NCBI GenBank assembly: GCA_963805235.1
Contig: CAWDTF010000003.1
Location: 98,819-162,818 of the forward strand
Direction: 5' to 3'
Length of the DNA stretch: 64,000 nucleotides
Source of the DNA: an uncultured Solirubrobacterales bacterium
Lineage (GTDB): Bacteria > Actinomycetota > Thermoleophilia > Solirubrobacterales > 70-9
Shown here one piece after another: positions 9,632 through 18,557 of the stretch. Below the pieces are notes generated by a model that ran no database searches, had not been told where the DNA came from, and saw nothing but the letters and a program-made list of their open reading frames with translations. The position numbers and the translations under genes were made by a program. The number at the start of each line of letters is the position of its first letter. Positions within the stretch are counted from its first letter, which is position 1.

Positions 9632-11065
9632 TCAGGCGCGGGGGAGCTCGAACCGGAAGGTGGCGCCCTCACCCGGCTTCGAGGTGGCGCGGATGCTGCC
9701 GCCGTGGGCTTCGACGATCGCCTTTGCGATCGCTAGGCCGAGGCCGCTGCCGCCGGAGTCGCGGCCGCGCCCGGGGTCCGTGCGGTAGAAGCGGTCGAAG
9801 ACGCGGTCGAGCTGCTCGGGCGGGATCCCCGGCCCGTCGTCGCTGACGGCGAACCGAACGGAGTCGCCGGCCTCCTCCACCGCGACCCTGACGGTCCCCT
9901 CCGGCCCCCCGTGGCGGACCGCGTTGGAGACGAGGTTGCGGAGCACTTGGGCGAGCCGGTCCGGGTCGGCCTCGATCGAGCCGCTGGGGGCGGGGGAGAT
10001 CTCGAAGCTCTCGGCGCCGAGCAGCGGCATATCGCGCTCGAGGTCGGCGAGCAGGTCCGCGAGCGGCACCAGGCGGGTCTCCAACAGCGTCCCGCGCTCG
10101 GCGCGCGCCAGCAGCAGCAGGTTCCCCACGAGCCGGTCCATGCGGGTCACCTCGCGCAGCAGCTCCCGCGCCTCCGCCTGCGTGTCCGCGTCGTCGCGCC
10201 GGGCGAGCAGCTCGATCCGGCCGCGCAGCACCGTAAGCGGGCTGCGCAGCTCGTGGGAGGCGTCGGAGACGAACTCGCGCTGGCGGCGGAATCCGGTCTC
10301 GAGCCGGTCGAGCATGTTGTTGAAGGCCTCCGCGACGATGCCCACCTCGTCCGCGCCGGCGTAGTCGATCCGGTGCGAGAGGTCGCCGGCGTCCACCTCG
10401 GACGCGACGCCAGCGATGCGCCGCAGCGGGCGGGTGATCAAGCCCGCGAGCCAGATCGCGACGGCGACCGCCAGCGCCAGGGTCAGGGCGCCGACGACGA
10501 GGAACGTGTTGCGCAGCTCCTCGAGGGCCTCGTCCACCGAGCTCAGGGGGTCGGCGACGATGAAGGTGCCGACCCGGCGCCCACCGGCCTCGATCGACTC
10601 GGTCAGGACCCGGAGCTTGCCGGTCTCCTCGTTGGAGGTGGTGGTGAGGCCCTCGGGCGCATCGAGCAGGCCGGCTTCGTCCTCCTCCTCTTGATGTCCC
10701 TCTCCGTCCTCCTCGCCGTGCTCGTCCTCGAGCTCGCTCTCGACGATCTCGCGCTGGTTGGTGACGTCGGCGCCTCCCTCGACGCGGATGGCGAAGATGC
10801 GGGAGGAGGGGTGGTAGCGCTGGCCGGCTATGAAGCCGCGGGCCGCCTCCTCGAGGGTGGCGGGGTTGGTGCGCTCCCCGGCCGGGACGAGCTGGTCGAA
10901 CTCGGCGCGCTGCTGGTGCAGCTCGTCGTCCACTCGCTCGCGCAGATCGGAGCCCGTGACCTCGTGCAGCGCCAGGAAGCTGCCGAGGATCGCCACCGCG
11001 GCGACGCCCGCGATCACCAGTACAAGGCGCAGCCGGATGCTGCGCGGGGCGAGCCTAGGCCGCAT
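9632..11065 (-). CDS. Sensor histidine kinase (2 TM, HAMP, HisKA, HATPase_c) with an acidic/His-rich sensor loop
   Basis: SHELRSPLT H-box; RNLVSNAVRH, DDGPGI and GGSGLGLAI ATPase boxes. ATG 11065 overlaps the regulator stop. Loop ELEDEHGEEDGEGHQEEEDE. Confidence 0.85.
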   Translation of the reverse strand: MRPRLAPRSIRLRLVLVIAGVAAVAILGSFLALHEVTGSDLRERVDDELHQQRAEFDQLVPAGERTNPATLEEAARGFIAGQRYHPSSRIFAIRVEGGADVTNQREIVESELEDEHGEEDGEGHQEEEDEAGLLDAPEGLTTTSNEETGKLRVLTESIEAGGRRVGTFIVADPLSSVDEALEELRNTFLVVGALTLALAVAVAIWLAGLITRPLRRIAGVASEVDAGDLSHRIDYAGADEVGIVAEAFNNMLDRLETGFRRQREFVSDASHELRSPLTVLRGRIELLARRDDADTQAEARELLREVTRMDRLVGNLLLLARAERGTLLETRLVPLADLLADLERDMPLLGAESFEISPAPSGSIEADPDRLAQVLRNLVSNAVRHGGPEGTVRVAVEEAGDSVRFAVSDDGPGIPPEQLDRVFDRFYRTDPGRGRDSGGSGLGLAIAKAIVEAHGGSIRATSKPGEGATFRFELPRA

Positions 11066-11732
11066 CGGTCGCAAGCCGGTAGCCGACCGAGCGCACGGTC
11101 TTGATCGGGCCCTCGTCGCCGTCGTCACCGAGCTTGCGGCGGAGGTATCCGATGTAGACCTCGACCACGTTGGTGCCCGGGTCGTAGTCGTAGCCCCAGA
11201 CGCCGTTGAGAAGCTGCTCGCGCGAGAGCACCTGGTCGGGGTGGCGCATGAGGTACGCGAGCAGCTCGAATTCCCTCGCGGTCAGATGCACCTCGTGCTC
11301 GCCGCGCTCGACCATGCGCGTGCGGAAGTCCAGCTTGATCCCTCCCACCCGGAGCTCTGTGCCGGCGCGCTGCTGGGGCTGGCGAAGCTGCGTCCGGATC
11401 CGCGCCAGCAGCTCCTCGAACGCGAACGGCTTGGTCAGGTAGTCGCTGGCCCCGAGATCGAGGCCGACGACCTTGTCCTCGGTCTCGCCGAGAGCGGTGA
11501 GGAGGATCACGGACAGCTCGGGGCGCTCGCCGCGGATCCGCTTCAGGACCTCGAGGCCACCGAGCCTGGGGAGGAGGACGTCGAGCAGGACGAGCGCGAA
11601 ATCGCCGCTGAGCGCCCGGGCGAGCCCCGTCTCCCCGTCGGGGGCGACGGTGACCGCGTAGCCCTCCGCTTCAAGGCCCTGCTGGATGAACTCGGCGATC
11701 GGGGCCTCGTCCTCGACGACCAGGATCCGCAT
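11055..11732 (-). CDS. OmpR/PhoB-family response regulator
   Basis: MRILVVEDE, LVLLDVLLP, DYLTKPF receiver blocks. Winged-helix LTAREFELL ... VRSVGYRL. Confidence 0.9.
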   Translation of the reverse strand: MRILVVEDEAPIAEFIQQGLEAEGYAVTVAPDGETGLARALSGDFALVLLDVLLPRLGGLEVLKRIRGERPELSVILLTALGETEDKVVGLDLGASDYLTKPFAFEELLARIRTQLRQPQQRAGTELRVGGIKLDFRTRMVERGEHEVHLTAREFELLAYLMRHPDQVLSREQLLNGVWGYDYDPGTNVVEVYIGYLRRKLGDDGDEGPIKTVRSVGYRLATDAA

Positions 11733-11822
11733 GCGGGCAATGCTAGGTCCGCCTGCGGCCCTCGCCCGCATCCCTAAGAGGACTCTCATGCATCGCTTAC
11801 CGCTGCCTAACCGCGCCCGGCC

Positions 11823-12089
11823 ATGCTCGTCGCCATGAAGGATGCGACGAAGCTGAAAGTGGCCACCGCGGTCACGGTGTTGTTCCTCGCGGCCATCTCC
11901 GTGGCCGGCCTCGTCAACCGCAGCGGCGACGCCGGCGCGGCCGCCGCGCAGGCCCAGAGCGCCCAGACGGTCCAGGCCACGGCCCAGCAGCCCGCCGCGG
12001 CCGTCGCGCCGTCCTACTCGGACGAGGGCGACGAGGACGAGGGCTACGAGAACGACGCGGACGAAGGCTATGAGGAGGACGACGACTGA
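11823..12089 (+). CDS. Small single-pass membrane protein with an extracytoplasmic poly-acidic tail
   Basis: K-rich N-terminus, TM VATAVTVLFLAAISVAGLV, Ala/Gln linker, tail SYSDEGDEDEGYENDADEGYEEDDD. Stop overlaps the next ATG (TGATG). Confidence 0.5.
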   Translation: MLVAMKDATKLKVATAVTVLFLAAISVAGLVNRSGDAGAAAAQAQSAQTVQATAQQPAAAVAPSYSDEGDEDEGYENDADEGYEEDDD

Positions 12090-12367
12090 TGGCCCCGGGA
12101 AGGCGCAAGCCGAGCACACTGGGGCTGACGCTCCGGGTCGCGGTCGTCTCCGGCGTCGCGACCCTGGTGCTCCTCGCGGGACTCGTCTGGCAGATGGTCT
12201 CCGGGGCCGACCCCGCTCTCACCGCCTCTCAGCCGGCCGCCCAGGGCGCCGCCACGTCCGCAGCCTCCGGCGGGACGGCGGCCACGACCACGGCGTCGAC
12301 CGCCGGCACCGCGGCGGCCGCCCCCGTCGTCTCCGCGCCCGCGCCCGTGACCTCGAGCACGTCATGA
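12089..12367 (+). CDS. Small single-pass membrane protein with an Ala/Thr/Ser/Gly-rich tail
   Basis: Basic N-terminus, TM LRVAVVSGVATLVLLAGLVW, low-complexity tail. ATGA overlap with apbE. Confidence 0.45.
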   Translation: MAPGRRKPSTLGLTLRVAVVSGVATLVLLAGLVWQMVSGADPALTASQPAAQGAATSAASGGTAATTTASTAGTAAAAPVVSAPAPVTSSTS

Positions 12368-13336
12368 GCGGGGCGAGCGAGCACGAGCGCGTCTTCGAGG
12401 TCTTCGGGACCGAGGTCCGGCTGCTGGTCGGGCCGCCCATGGACGCCGGGCTGCCTGCCCCCGCCGTCATCTCCCTCCAGCTCGAGGGTCTGATGCGGGC
12501 GATGCACCGGCGGATGACCCGCTTCGATCCGGGCAGCGAGCTGAGCCGGCTCAACGGCGAATCCCGCGCCGAGGTCGACGTCTCGCCCCTGCTGATGGCC
12601 GGTCTGGCGGCCGCGCTCGAGGCGGCGCGAGCTGACCGGCGGGCTCGTGGATCCCACGCTCGCGGGACCGCTCGAGGCGGCCGGCTACGGCCACTCCCTT
12701 CGCGGCGCGGAGCCCGCGCCGCTCGAGCGCGCCGTGAGCGCCGCTCCGGAGCGTGTCCCGGCGCGCCCGGCGCCGGAGGCCGCGTGGCGCTCGTTCGAGC
12801 TGCTTCCCGGCGAAGGAACGGTCGCGCGGCCGCCCGGCCTGCGGATCGAGCTCGGCGGCAGCGCCAAGGGCCTGGCCGCGGACCTCGCGGCCGCGCAGCT
12901 CGAGCGCTACGCGTCCTTCGCGGTGGACGTCGGCGGCGACCTGCGGATCGGCGGCGCCAGCACCGCTCCGCGCGAGGTCCACATCGCCCACCCGTTCGAC
13001 GCCGGCGCCGCGCACCGGTTCCGCGTCCGCTCCGGCGCCGTTGCGACGAGCGGCATCGCCACCCGGGTCTGGGCCTGGGGTGACGGCTACGCCCACCACC
13101 TGATCGACCCCGCCACCGGCCGTCCCGCCTGGACCGGGCTGGTGCAGGCGACCGCCCTGGCGCCGACCGCCGTCGAGGCCGAGGCGCTGGCGAAGGCCGC
13201 GTTCCTGTCGGGGCCCGGCGTCGAGACCCGGCGCGTGCTCGGGACGTACGGGGGCCTGGTGGTCGCGGACGACGGGACCGTCGAGCCAATCGGCGCGCGC
13301 GACGTGGTGACCGGCCCCGTGGCGGTGGCGGCATGA
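12364..13336 (+). CDS. apbE: FAD:protein FMN transferase (ApbE family), no signal peptide seen; one apparent 1-nt insertion near 12628
   Basis: FDPGSELSRLN in the frame of ATG 12364. ELTGGLVDPTLAG, GGSAKGLAAD and HHLIDPATGRP in the frame of ORF 12647..13336. Confidence 0.8.
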
Positions 13337-13949
13337 GCGGCGCCGATCCACCCAGCACATCTTCTGGCTCTCGAGCCGAGCCCTCGGGGTCACCGCGCTC
13401 GTCCTCGTCTCCCTCTCGGTCGGGCTGGGCCTGGCGCTGGCGAGCCGGGTGGCTCGCCGGCCCGGGCTCCCGGCCCGGATCAAGCGGCTGCACGAGGCCA
13501 CCGCGCTGACCGCCCTCGTCGCGATCGCCGCCCACGGGCTCGTTCTGCTCGGGGACAACTACCTGCGCCCCTCCCTGGCCGACCTGGTGCTGCCGTTCTC
13601 GATGGCGAACCAGCCGCTCTGGACCGGCGCCGGGATCATCGGCGGCTGGCTCGCTGCGATCCTGGGCCTGAGCTTCTACGCGCGCCGCTGGGTCGGGCCC
13701 GGCCTCTGGCGAAAGATGCACCGCTGGACGCTCGCCGTATACGTGCTGGCGTTGGCCCACACCTTCGGCTCCGGCACCGACGCCGGCAGCACCTGGCTGC
13801 TGCTGATCATCGCCGCGACGAGCCTCCCGATCGTCTTCCTCGGAACCCTGCGCTTCCTGCCGCGCGAGCGCGGGGGGCCGCGAGCGGCGGCTCGCCTCCG
13901 CGAGCCGCGGCGCATCCCCCGCGCGGCGCACCAGGAGGTCCTCCCATGA
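13333..13949 (+). CDS. Ferric-reductase/MsrQ-like di-haem transmembrane protein; apparent 1-nt deletion near 13348
   Basis: ATG 13333 overlaps the apbE stop (ATGA). After a few codons the sense continues in the frame of ORF 13449..13949 ([18 protein letters not shown]...). His pairs H-x13-H ([15 protein letters not shown]) and H-x12-H ([14 protein letters not shown]). Confidence 0.7.
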
Positions 13950-14152
13950 AGCTCAAGGTCCTGATCGACGAGGAGTCCTGCCTCGCCTACGGCGATTGCG
14001 CCGAGCAGGCGCCGGGCGCCTTCGAGGTGGGCGACATCGCCCGCGTTGTCGGCGGCGCGCCCGAGCAGCGCCTGCGCGACGCGGCCCGCACCTGCCCCGC
14101 CGAGGCGATCACCCTGATCGACGCCGAGACGGGCGAGACGGTCGAACCCTAA
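13946..14152 (+). CDS. Small single-cluster ferredoxin
   Basis: 68 aa. C-x5-C ... CP pattern (CLAYGDC ... TCPAEAI). ATGA overlap with the upstream membrane protein gene. Confidence 0.8.
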   Translation: MKLKVLIDEESCLAYGDCAEQAPGAFEVGDIARVVGGAPEQRLRDAARTCPAEAITLIDAETGETVEP

Positions 14153-14208
14153 GCCGCGCCGGCCCGCCTGCGCGGCCGCCTTTCCGGCGCGCCCGTCACA
14201 CTTGTCCG

Positions 14209-15282
14209 ATGATCGATTCACTCGTCGAGCAGATCTCAGAGCGCCACGCGGAGCTGGAGCGGCTGATGTCCGACCCCGATGTGATCGGGGACCGCGAGCG
14301 CTACGCCGAGGTCGGCCGGGCGTACCGGCAGATCGACGAGGCGCACAAGCTCGCGACCGAGTACCGCACTCTCAAGGACGACGTCGAGGGGGCGCGCGAG
14401 CTGCTGGCCGAGGACGGGGACGATCCGGAGCTGAAGGCGCTCGTGGCCGACGGGCCGGGGCGCATCGAGGAGCTTGCGGAGGAGATCCGGCTCGCGATGG
14501 TCGAGCGCGACCCGAACGACGACAAGAACGTGATCGTCGAGGTCCGCGCAGGGGCCGGGGGGGACGAGGCCGCGCTGTTCGCGGGCGACCTCTACAAGAT
14601 GCTCAGCCGCTACGCCGAGCGGCTCGGCTACAGCGTCGAGCAGCTCTCGGCCTCGCCCGCCGACGTCGGCGGCTACAAGGAGGCGACGTTCGCGATCAAG
14701 GGCGACGGCGCCTACTCGGTCTTCAAGTACGAGGGCGGGACGCACCGGGTGCAGCGGGTGCCGAAGACGGAGTCGCAGGGAAGGATTCACACCTCGACGG
14801 CGACCGTCGCCGTGCTGCCGGAGGCCGAGGAGGTCGAGCTCGACATCGACCCGAACGACCTGGAGGTCACGACCTACCGCTCCTCGGGGCCTGGCGGCCA
14901 GTCCGTCAACACCACCGACTCGGCGGTGCGGATCGTCCACCAGCCCACGGGCATCCAGGTCTCGATGCAGGACGAGAAGTCGCAGCTCCAGAACAGGGAG
15001 AAGGCGATGCGCGTGCTGCGCGCGCGGCTGCTGGAGCACCAGCTCGCCGAGCAGCAGGCGGAGGTCGCGGCCGAGCGCCGCGCCCAGGTCGGCAGCGGCG
15101 AGCGCTCGGAGAAGATCCGCACCTACAACTTCCCCCAGGACCGGATCACCGACCACCGCGTCAAGGTCACCGCCAACAACATCGAGCGCGTCCTCGGTGG
15201 CGAGCTTGAGGAGTTCACCGAGGCGCTCTCGGCCGAGGAGAAGCGCCGGCGGCTGGAGGTCCAGGCGACCGAGGCCGGCTGA
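14209..15282 (+). CDS. prfA: Peptide chain release factor 1
   Basis: PKT anticodon-like tripeptide ([12 protein letters not shown]), GGQ loop ([10 protein letters not shown]), full-length RF1 similarity. Confidence 0.95.
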   Translation: MIDSLVEQISERHAELERLMSDPDVIGDRERYAEVGRAYRQIDEAHKLATEYRTLKDDVEGARELLAEDGDDPELKALVADGPGRIEELAEEIRLAMVERDPNDDKNVIVEVRAGAGGDEAALFAGDLYKMLSRYAERLGYSVEQLSASPADVGGYKEATFAIKGDGAYSVFKYEGGTHRVQRVPKTESQGRIHTSTATVAVLPEAEEVELDIDPNDLEVTTYRSSGPGGQSVNTTDSAVRIVHQPTGIQVSMQDEKSQLQNREKAMRVLRARLLEHQLAEQQAEVAAERRAQVGSGERSEKIRTYNFPQDRITDHRVKVTANNIERVLGGELEEFTEALSAEEKRRRLEVQATEAG

Positions 15283-15296
15283 GCCGTGCGGCCGGC

Positions 15297-16193
15297 GTGC
15301 TCGCGAGGGCCGCGATGAGCGCGGCGGCCGCGGCAACCGCGGTCGGCGACGCCCTGGCCGCGGCTACGGACGCCTTCGCAGCCGCCGGGATCGACACCGC
15401 CCGCCTCGACGCCGAGGTCCTCGCCGCGGAGGTCACCGGCCGGGACCGTGCCGCCCTCGCCGCGCACCCCGAGCGCGAGCTGAGCGGCGCCGAGGCGCGC
15501 GCCCTGGCCGCGATGGTCAGGCGGCGGGTCCGCCGCGAGCCGGTCGCCTACATCCTCGGCCGCAAGGGGTTTCGCGGGATCGAGCTGGCCGTCGACGGCC
15601 GCGTGCTGATCCCGCGCCCCGAGACCGAGCTGCTGGTCGAGGTCGCGCTCGAGGCCGACCGCGCCCGCCCCGGGAAGGCGCGGGAGTCGTCGCTCTCGGT
15701 GCTGGACGTCGGCACGGGCTCCGGCGCCGTCGGGCTCGCGATCGCGCACGAGCTGCCCGGCGCCCGCGTCACCCTGACCGACGCCTCGCCGGACGCCCTG
15801 CGCATGGCGCGCGCGAACGCCGCGGACGCCGGCCTGGACGCCGTCGGCTTCGTCGAAGGCTCGCTGCCGCCGGGACCCGCTGCCTACGACCTGATCGTCG
15901 CCAACCTCCCCTACGTCAGCGAGGCCGAGTGGGAGGGCCTGGCGCCGGAGATCCGCGAGTACGAGCCGCGCGACGCGCTCGTCGCCGGCCCGACGGGGCT
16001 CGAGGCGATCGAGAGCGTGCTCGGTGCTCTCGGGGAGCGCGGGATCGAGGCCGGCATGGTCGCGCTCGAGCTCGGGGCCGGGCAGGCGCCGGCGGTGGCC
16101 GAGCTGCTGGCCCGCGCGGGCTATCCGCGGACGGGCGTGCGGGCCGACCTCGCCGGCATCGAGCGGGTCGTCACGGGGGAGCGGGCGGAATGA
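15297..16193 (+). CDS. prmC: Release-factor glutamine N5-methyltransferase (PrmC/HemK)
   Basis: AdoMet motif VLDVGTGSGAVG. Catalytic motif reads NLPY (15903-15914) where NPPY is usual. Directly follows prfA. Confidence 0.9.
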   Translation: MLARAAMSAAAAATAVGDALAAATDAFAAAGIDTARLDAEVLAAEVTGRDRAALAAHPERELSGAEARALAAMVRRRVRREPVAYILGRKGFRGIELAVDGRVLIPRPETELLVEVALEADRARPGKARESSLSVLDVGTGSGAVGLAIAHELPGARVTLTDASPDALRMARANAADAGLDAVGFVEGSLPPGPAAYDLIVANLPYVSEAEWEGLAPEIREYEPRDALVAGPTGLEAIESVLGALGERGIEAGMVALELGAGQAPAVAELLARAGYPRTGVRADLAGIERVVTGERAE

Positions 16194-16822
16194 CCCGAAT
16201 CGTCTCCGTGTCGGCCGACGGCCCCAACGCGGCGCGCACCGCGCTCGAGGCCTGCGTCGTGGAGGGCGGCGTCGCGGTCTTTCCCGCCGACGGGCTCTAC
16301 GGCCTCGCCTGCGATCCGCTCGACCCCGACGCGATCGGCCGCATCCACGAGCTCAAGGGGCGGCCCGAGGGCAAGCCGTCGGCGGTCATGTACTTCTCGC
16401 CGCTGGCGCTGCGGGAGCTGGTCGGCGACCTCGCGCCGCGAGCGCGCGAGATCGCCTCGCGCCTGCTGCCCGGTCCGGTGACGCTGGTGATCCCCAACCC
16501 CGACCACCGCTATCCGCTGGCATGCGGCGACGATCCCGGCCGCCTGGGCATCCGCCTGATCGAGGGCCCGCTGGCGGGGGCGATGACGCCCGTCTTCCAG
16601 ACCAGCGCCAACCCGAGCGGCGCCCCGGCGCCCGCGGACTTCGCCGCCATCGCCCAAGCGATCCGCGACGGCGCCGACCTGGCCATCGACGGCGGGCGGC
16701 TCGGGGGCGAGCCGTCCACCGTCATCGACCTCTCCGAGCTCGACGATGGCGGGGACTGGAGCGTGCTGCGCGAGGGTGCCCTGCCGGCCGCGGAGCTGGA
16801 GAGGATGCTGGCCGGGATCTAG
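16190..16822 (+). CDS. tsaC: L-threonylcarbamoyladenylate synthase, YrdC-domain only (TsaC/Sua5 family)
   Basis: ATGA overlap with prmC. Blocks VFPADGLYGLACD, KGRPEGKP, QTSANPSG. Confidence 0.85.
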   Translation: MTRIVSVSADGPNAARTALEACVVEGGVAVFPADGLYGLACDPLDPDAIGRIHELKGRPEGKPSAVMYFSPLALRELVGDLAPRAREIASRLLPGPVTLVIPNPDHRYPLACGDDPGRLGIRLIEGPLAGAMTPVFQTSANPSGAPAPADFAAIAQAIRDGADLAIDGGRLGGEPSTVIDLSELDDGGDWSVLREGALPAAELERMLAGI

Positions 16823-17427
16823 ATGCCGCTGACGGAGCGGACGAAGAGCTCGCGCGCCCGCTCCAGCTCGGGCCCGGGGCCGCTCTCGATGCGCTCCAGG
16901 CTGAGGCCCTGGATGCCCGCGAGCACGAGCAGCGTCACGGCGGGCGCCCGCCTCGGGGCGGGGCCGTCCTCGGCCGCGACCAACCGCTCGGTCACGACTT
17001 CCCGCCAGCGGGCGTTGATCGCGGCGATCGTCCGCCGCACCTCCGGCTCGACCACCGACACGGCGGCGAGGTCGAAGTAGACGCGCAGGATCCGGGGATC
17101 CTCGTCCGCGATCTGCTCGGTGCAGACCGCGATCCTGCGGACCAGCTGCTCGACGGTGCGCGCTCCCTCGATCGCGCCCAGCACCCGCTCGGTGATCGCC
17201 TCCGCAACAGCTCGTCCCGCGGCCGCGATCAGCCCGTTCTTGGAGCCGTAGTGGTAGGCGATCAGCGCCTTGGACTCCCCGGCGCGCGCGGCCACCTTGG
17301 CGATCGTGAGGCCGGCGTAGCCCTCCCGCTTCAGCGTCTCGACTGCCGCAGCCAGGATGCGCTCGCGGGCGCCGGTGGAGGGCCGCCCCCGCCTCGCGGG
17401 GGTGACCGCTGCCCGGCTCGCGCTCAC
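16819..17427 (-). CDS. TetR-family transcriptional regulator
   Basis: [35 protein letters not shown] overlap with the upstream R2lox-like gene. Shares a CTAG stop overlap with tsaC. Confidence 0.85.
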   Translation of the reverse strand: MSASRAAVTPARRGRPSTGARERILAAAVETLKREGYAGLTIAKVAARAGESKALIAYHYGSKNGLIAAAGRAVAEAITERVLGAIEGARTVEQLVRRIAVCTEQIADEDPRILRVYFDLAAVSVVEPEVRRTIAAINARWREVVTERLVAAEDGPAPRRAPAVTLLVLAGIQGLSLERIESGPGPELERARELFVRSVSGI

Positions 17428-18398
17428 GCCTCGGCGCCTGTCAGGGCCGCCGGGTCGAGACCCATCGCCGCGAGCTTCTTCGAGAGCGACTTGGCCGCGT
17501 ACTCGAAGATCTCACTCGAGTGGTAGAAGGGCGTCTGGAAGTTGTACGGGTCCTCGACCCACGGCGGGACGAAGACCAGCGGGGCAACCGCCAGGCACTC
17601 CTTCAGCGTGTCCTCGACGATCTTGGCGTTGGCCTTGTCGGCCTTGATCGCGTCGGCGAGGAACTTCACGCCGAAGCCGACGTGGCGGGACTCGTCGCGA
17701 TTGACGGCCGTGAAGCCGGCGACGAACCCGGGGAACCAGCCGCGCTCGCGCAGCGACTTGATCATGAACCGGGCCGCGGTGAGGGCGAGCATCCCCTCGA
17801 TCACGATCATGTAGACCGTCACGCCCCGGACCAGGGACGGGAAGTCGCTCGGGTCCTTGCGAAGGCTCTCGGCGGCGTCGTGCAGGATCCCGTCGAAGAG
17901 GGTCTTCCAGTCGTCGTTCACCACGTAGCGCGTCTTGTCGATCATGTCGCCGAGGTCCTTGGCCTCGACCCCGAGCACCTCGCGGTAGAAGCCGTCCCAG
18001 AAGACGACGTGCTTGGCCTCGTCCGAGATCTGGGTGGTCAGGAAAATCTGCGCCTCGTGGGTCGGCGCCGCCAGCGCGAACGGGAGCAGCTCCACCGTGA
18101 CCCGCTCCTCGCCGAGGAAGAACTCCGAGAAGCCGAACTTGATGAACTCGCGCTCCTCGTCGGTGAACATGTCGGGGTCGGCCCACTGCTTCGCGTCCTC
18201 CTCGAAGGAGAAGTCCTCGGTCGACCAGTGCTGGCGTTGCCAGCGCATGAACAGCTTCTCGTAGGACGGGGCCGCTTCGACGATCCGGTCGAGGCCGGAC
18301 ATCACCTTGTCGATGTCTCCGTCCAGCAGGACCGACAGCGCCTCGTCGTCGGTCTTCAGCTCCGCCGCTCCGTTCCCTCCGCCGTTCACGTCAGCCAT
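17424..18398 (-). CDS. R2-like ligand-binding oxidase / RNR-R2-like ferritin-fold di-metal protein
   Basis: Di-metal ligand blocks FFLGEE, SDEAKH, VIEGML, RDESRH. No RNR large subunit nearby. SD AAGGAG upstream. Confidence 0.75.
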   Translation of the reverse strand: MADVNGGGNGAAELKTDDEALSVLLDGDIDKVMSGLDRIVEAAPSYEKLFMRWQRQHWSTEDFSFEEDAKQWADPDMFTDEEREFIKFGFSEFFLGEERVTVELLPFALAAPTHEAQIFLTTQISDEAKHVVFWDGFYREVLGVEAKDLGDMIDKTRYVVNDDWKTLFDGILHDAAESLRKDPSDFPSLVRGVTVYMIVIEGMLALTAARFMIKSLRERGWFPGFVAGFTAVNRDESRHVGFGVKFLADAIKADKANAKIVEDTLKECLAVAPLVFVPPWVEDPYNFQTPFYHSSEIFEYAAKSLSKKLAAMGLDPAALTGAEA

Positions 18399-18438
18399 CT
18401 CGTCTCCTTCGGTGGTGTTCGTCGCGTCTCGGCGGAAA

Positions 18439-18467
18439 TACTTATCAATTGTTCAGTAAACATGCAA
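18439..18467 (-). promoter_or_regulatory. Candidate sigma-70-type promoter TTGCAT-17-TAAGTA for the R2lox-TetR operon, with a CAATTG-centred imperfect palindrome in the spacer
   Basis: Read on the minus strand within the only AT-rich island of this intergenic region. About 40 nt upstream of ATG 18398. Confidence 0.4.
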
Positions 18468-18557
18468 CCCCGCGACAGTGGCCCTGGCAGCCGGCCTCCA
18501 TCGGCGGCAACTCGTAACGTCTGTCAATCTGAGAGACGAGCGACCGAGGAGACCGAA

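Noticed and set aside
11797-11814. Direct repeat TTACCGC-N4-TAACCGC (11-bp phasing) as an OmpR-type binding site for the divergent regulator
   Set aside because: It lies only 9 nt before ATG 11823, which is an odd position for an activator site. Two 7-mers with one mismatch can arise by chance. It is not claimed.
18468-18557. ZTP (pfl) or other riboswitch in the ~100-nt glyA leader
   Set aside because: GACAGTGGC loosely resembles GACTGGCG. However, the CCGCCTGGGC 3' module and the CCGGG/GGA pairing partners are absent.
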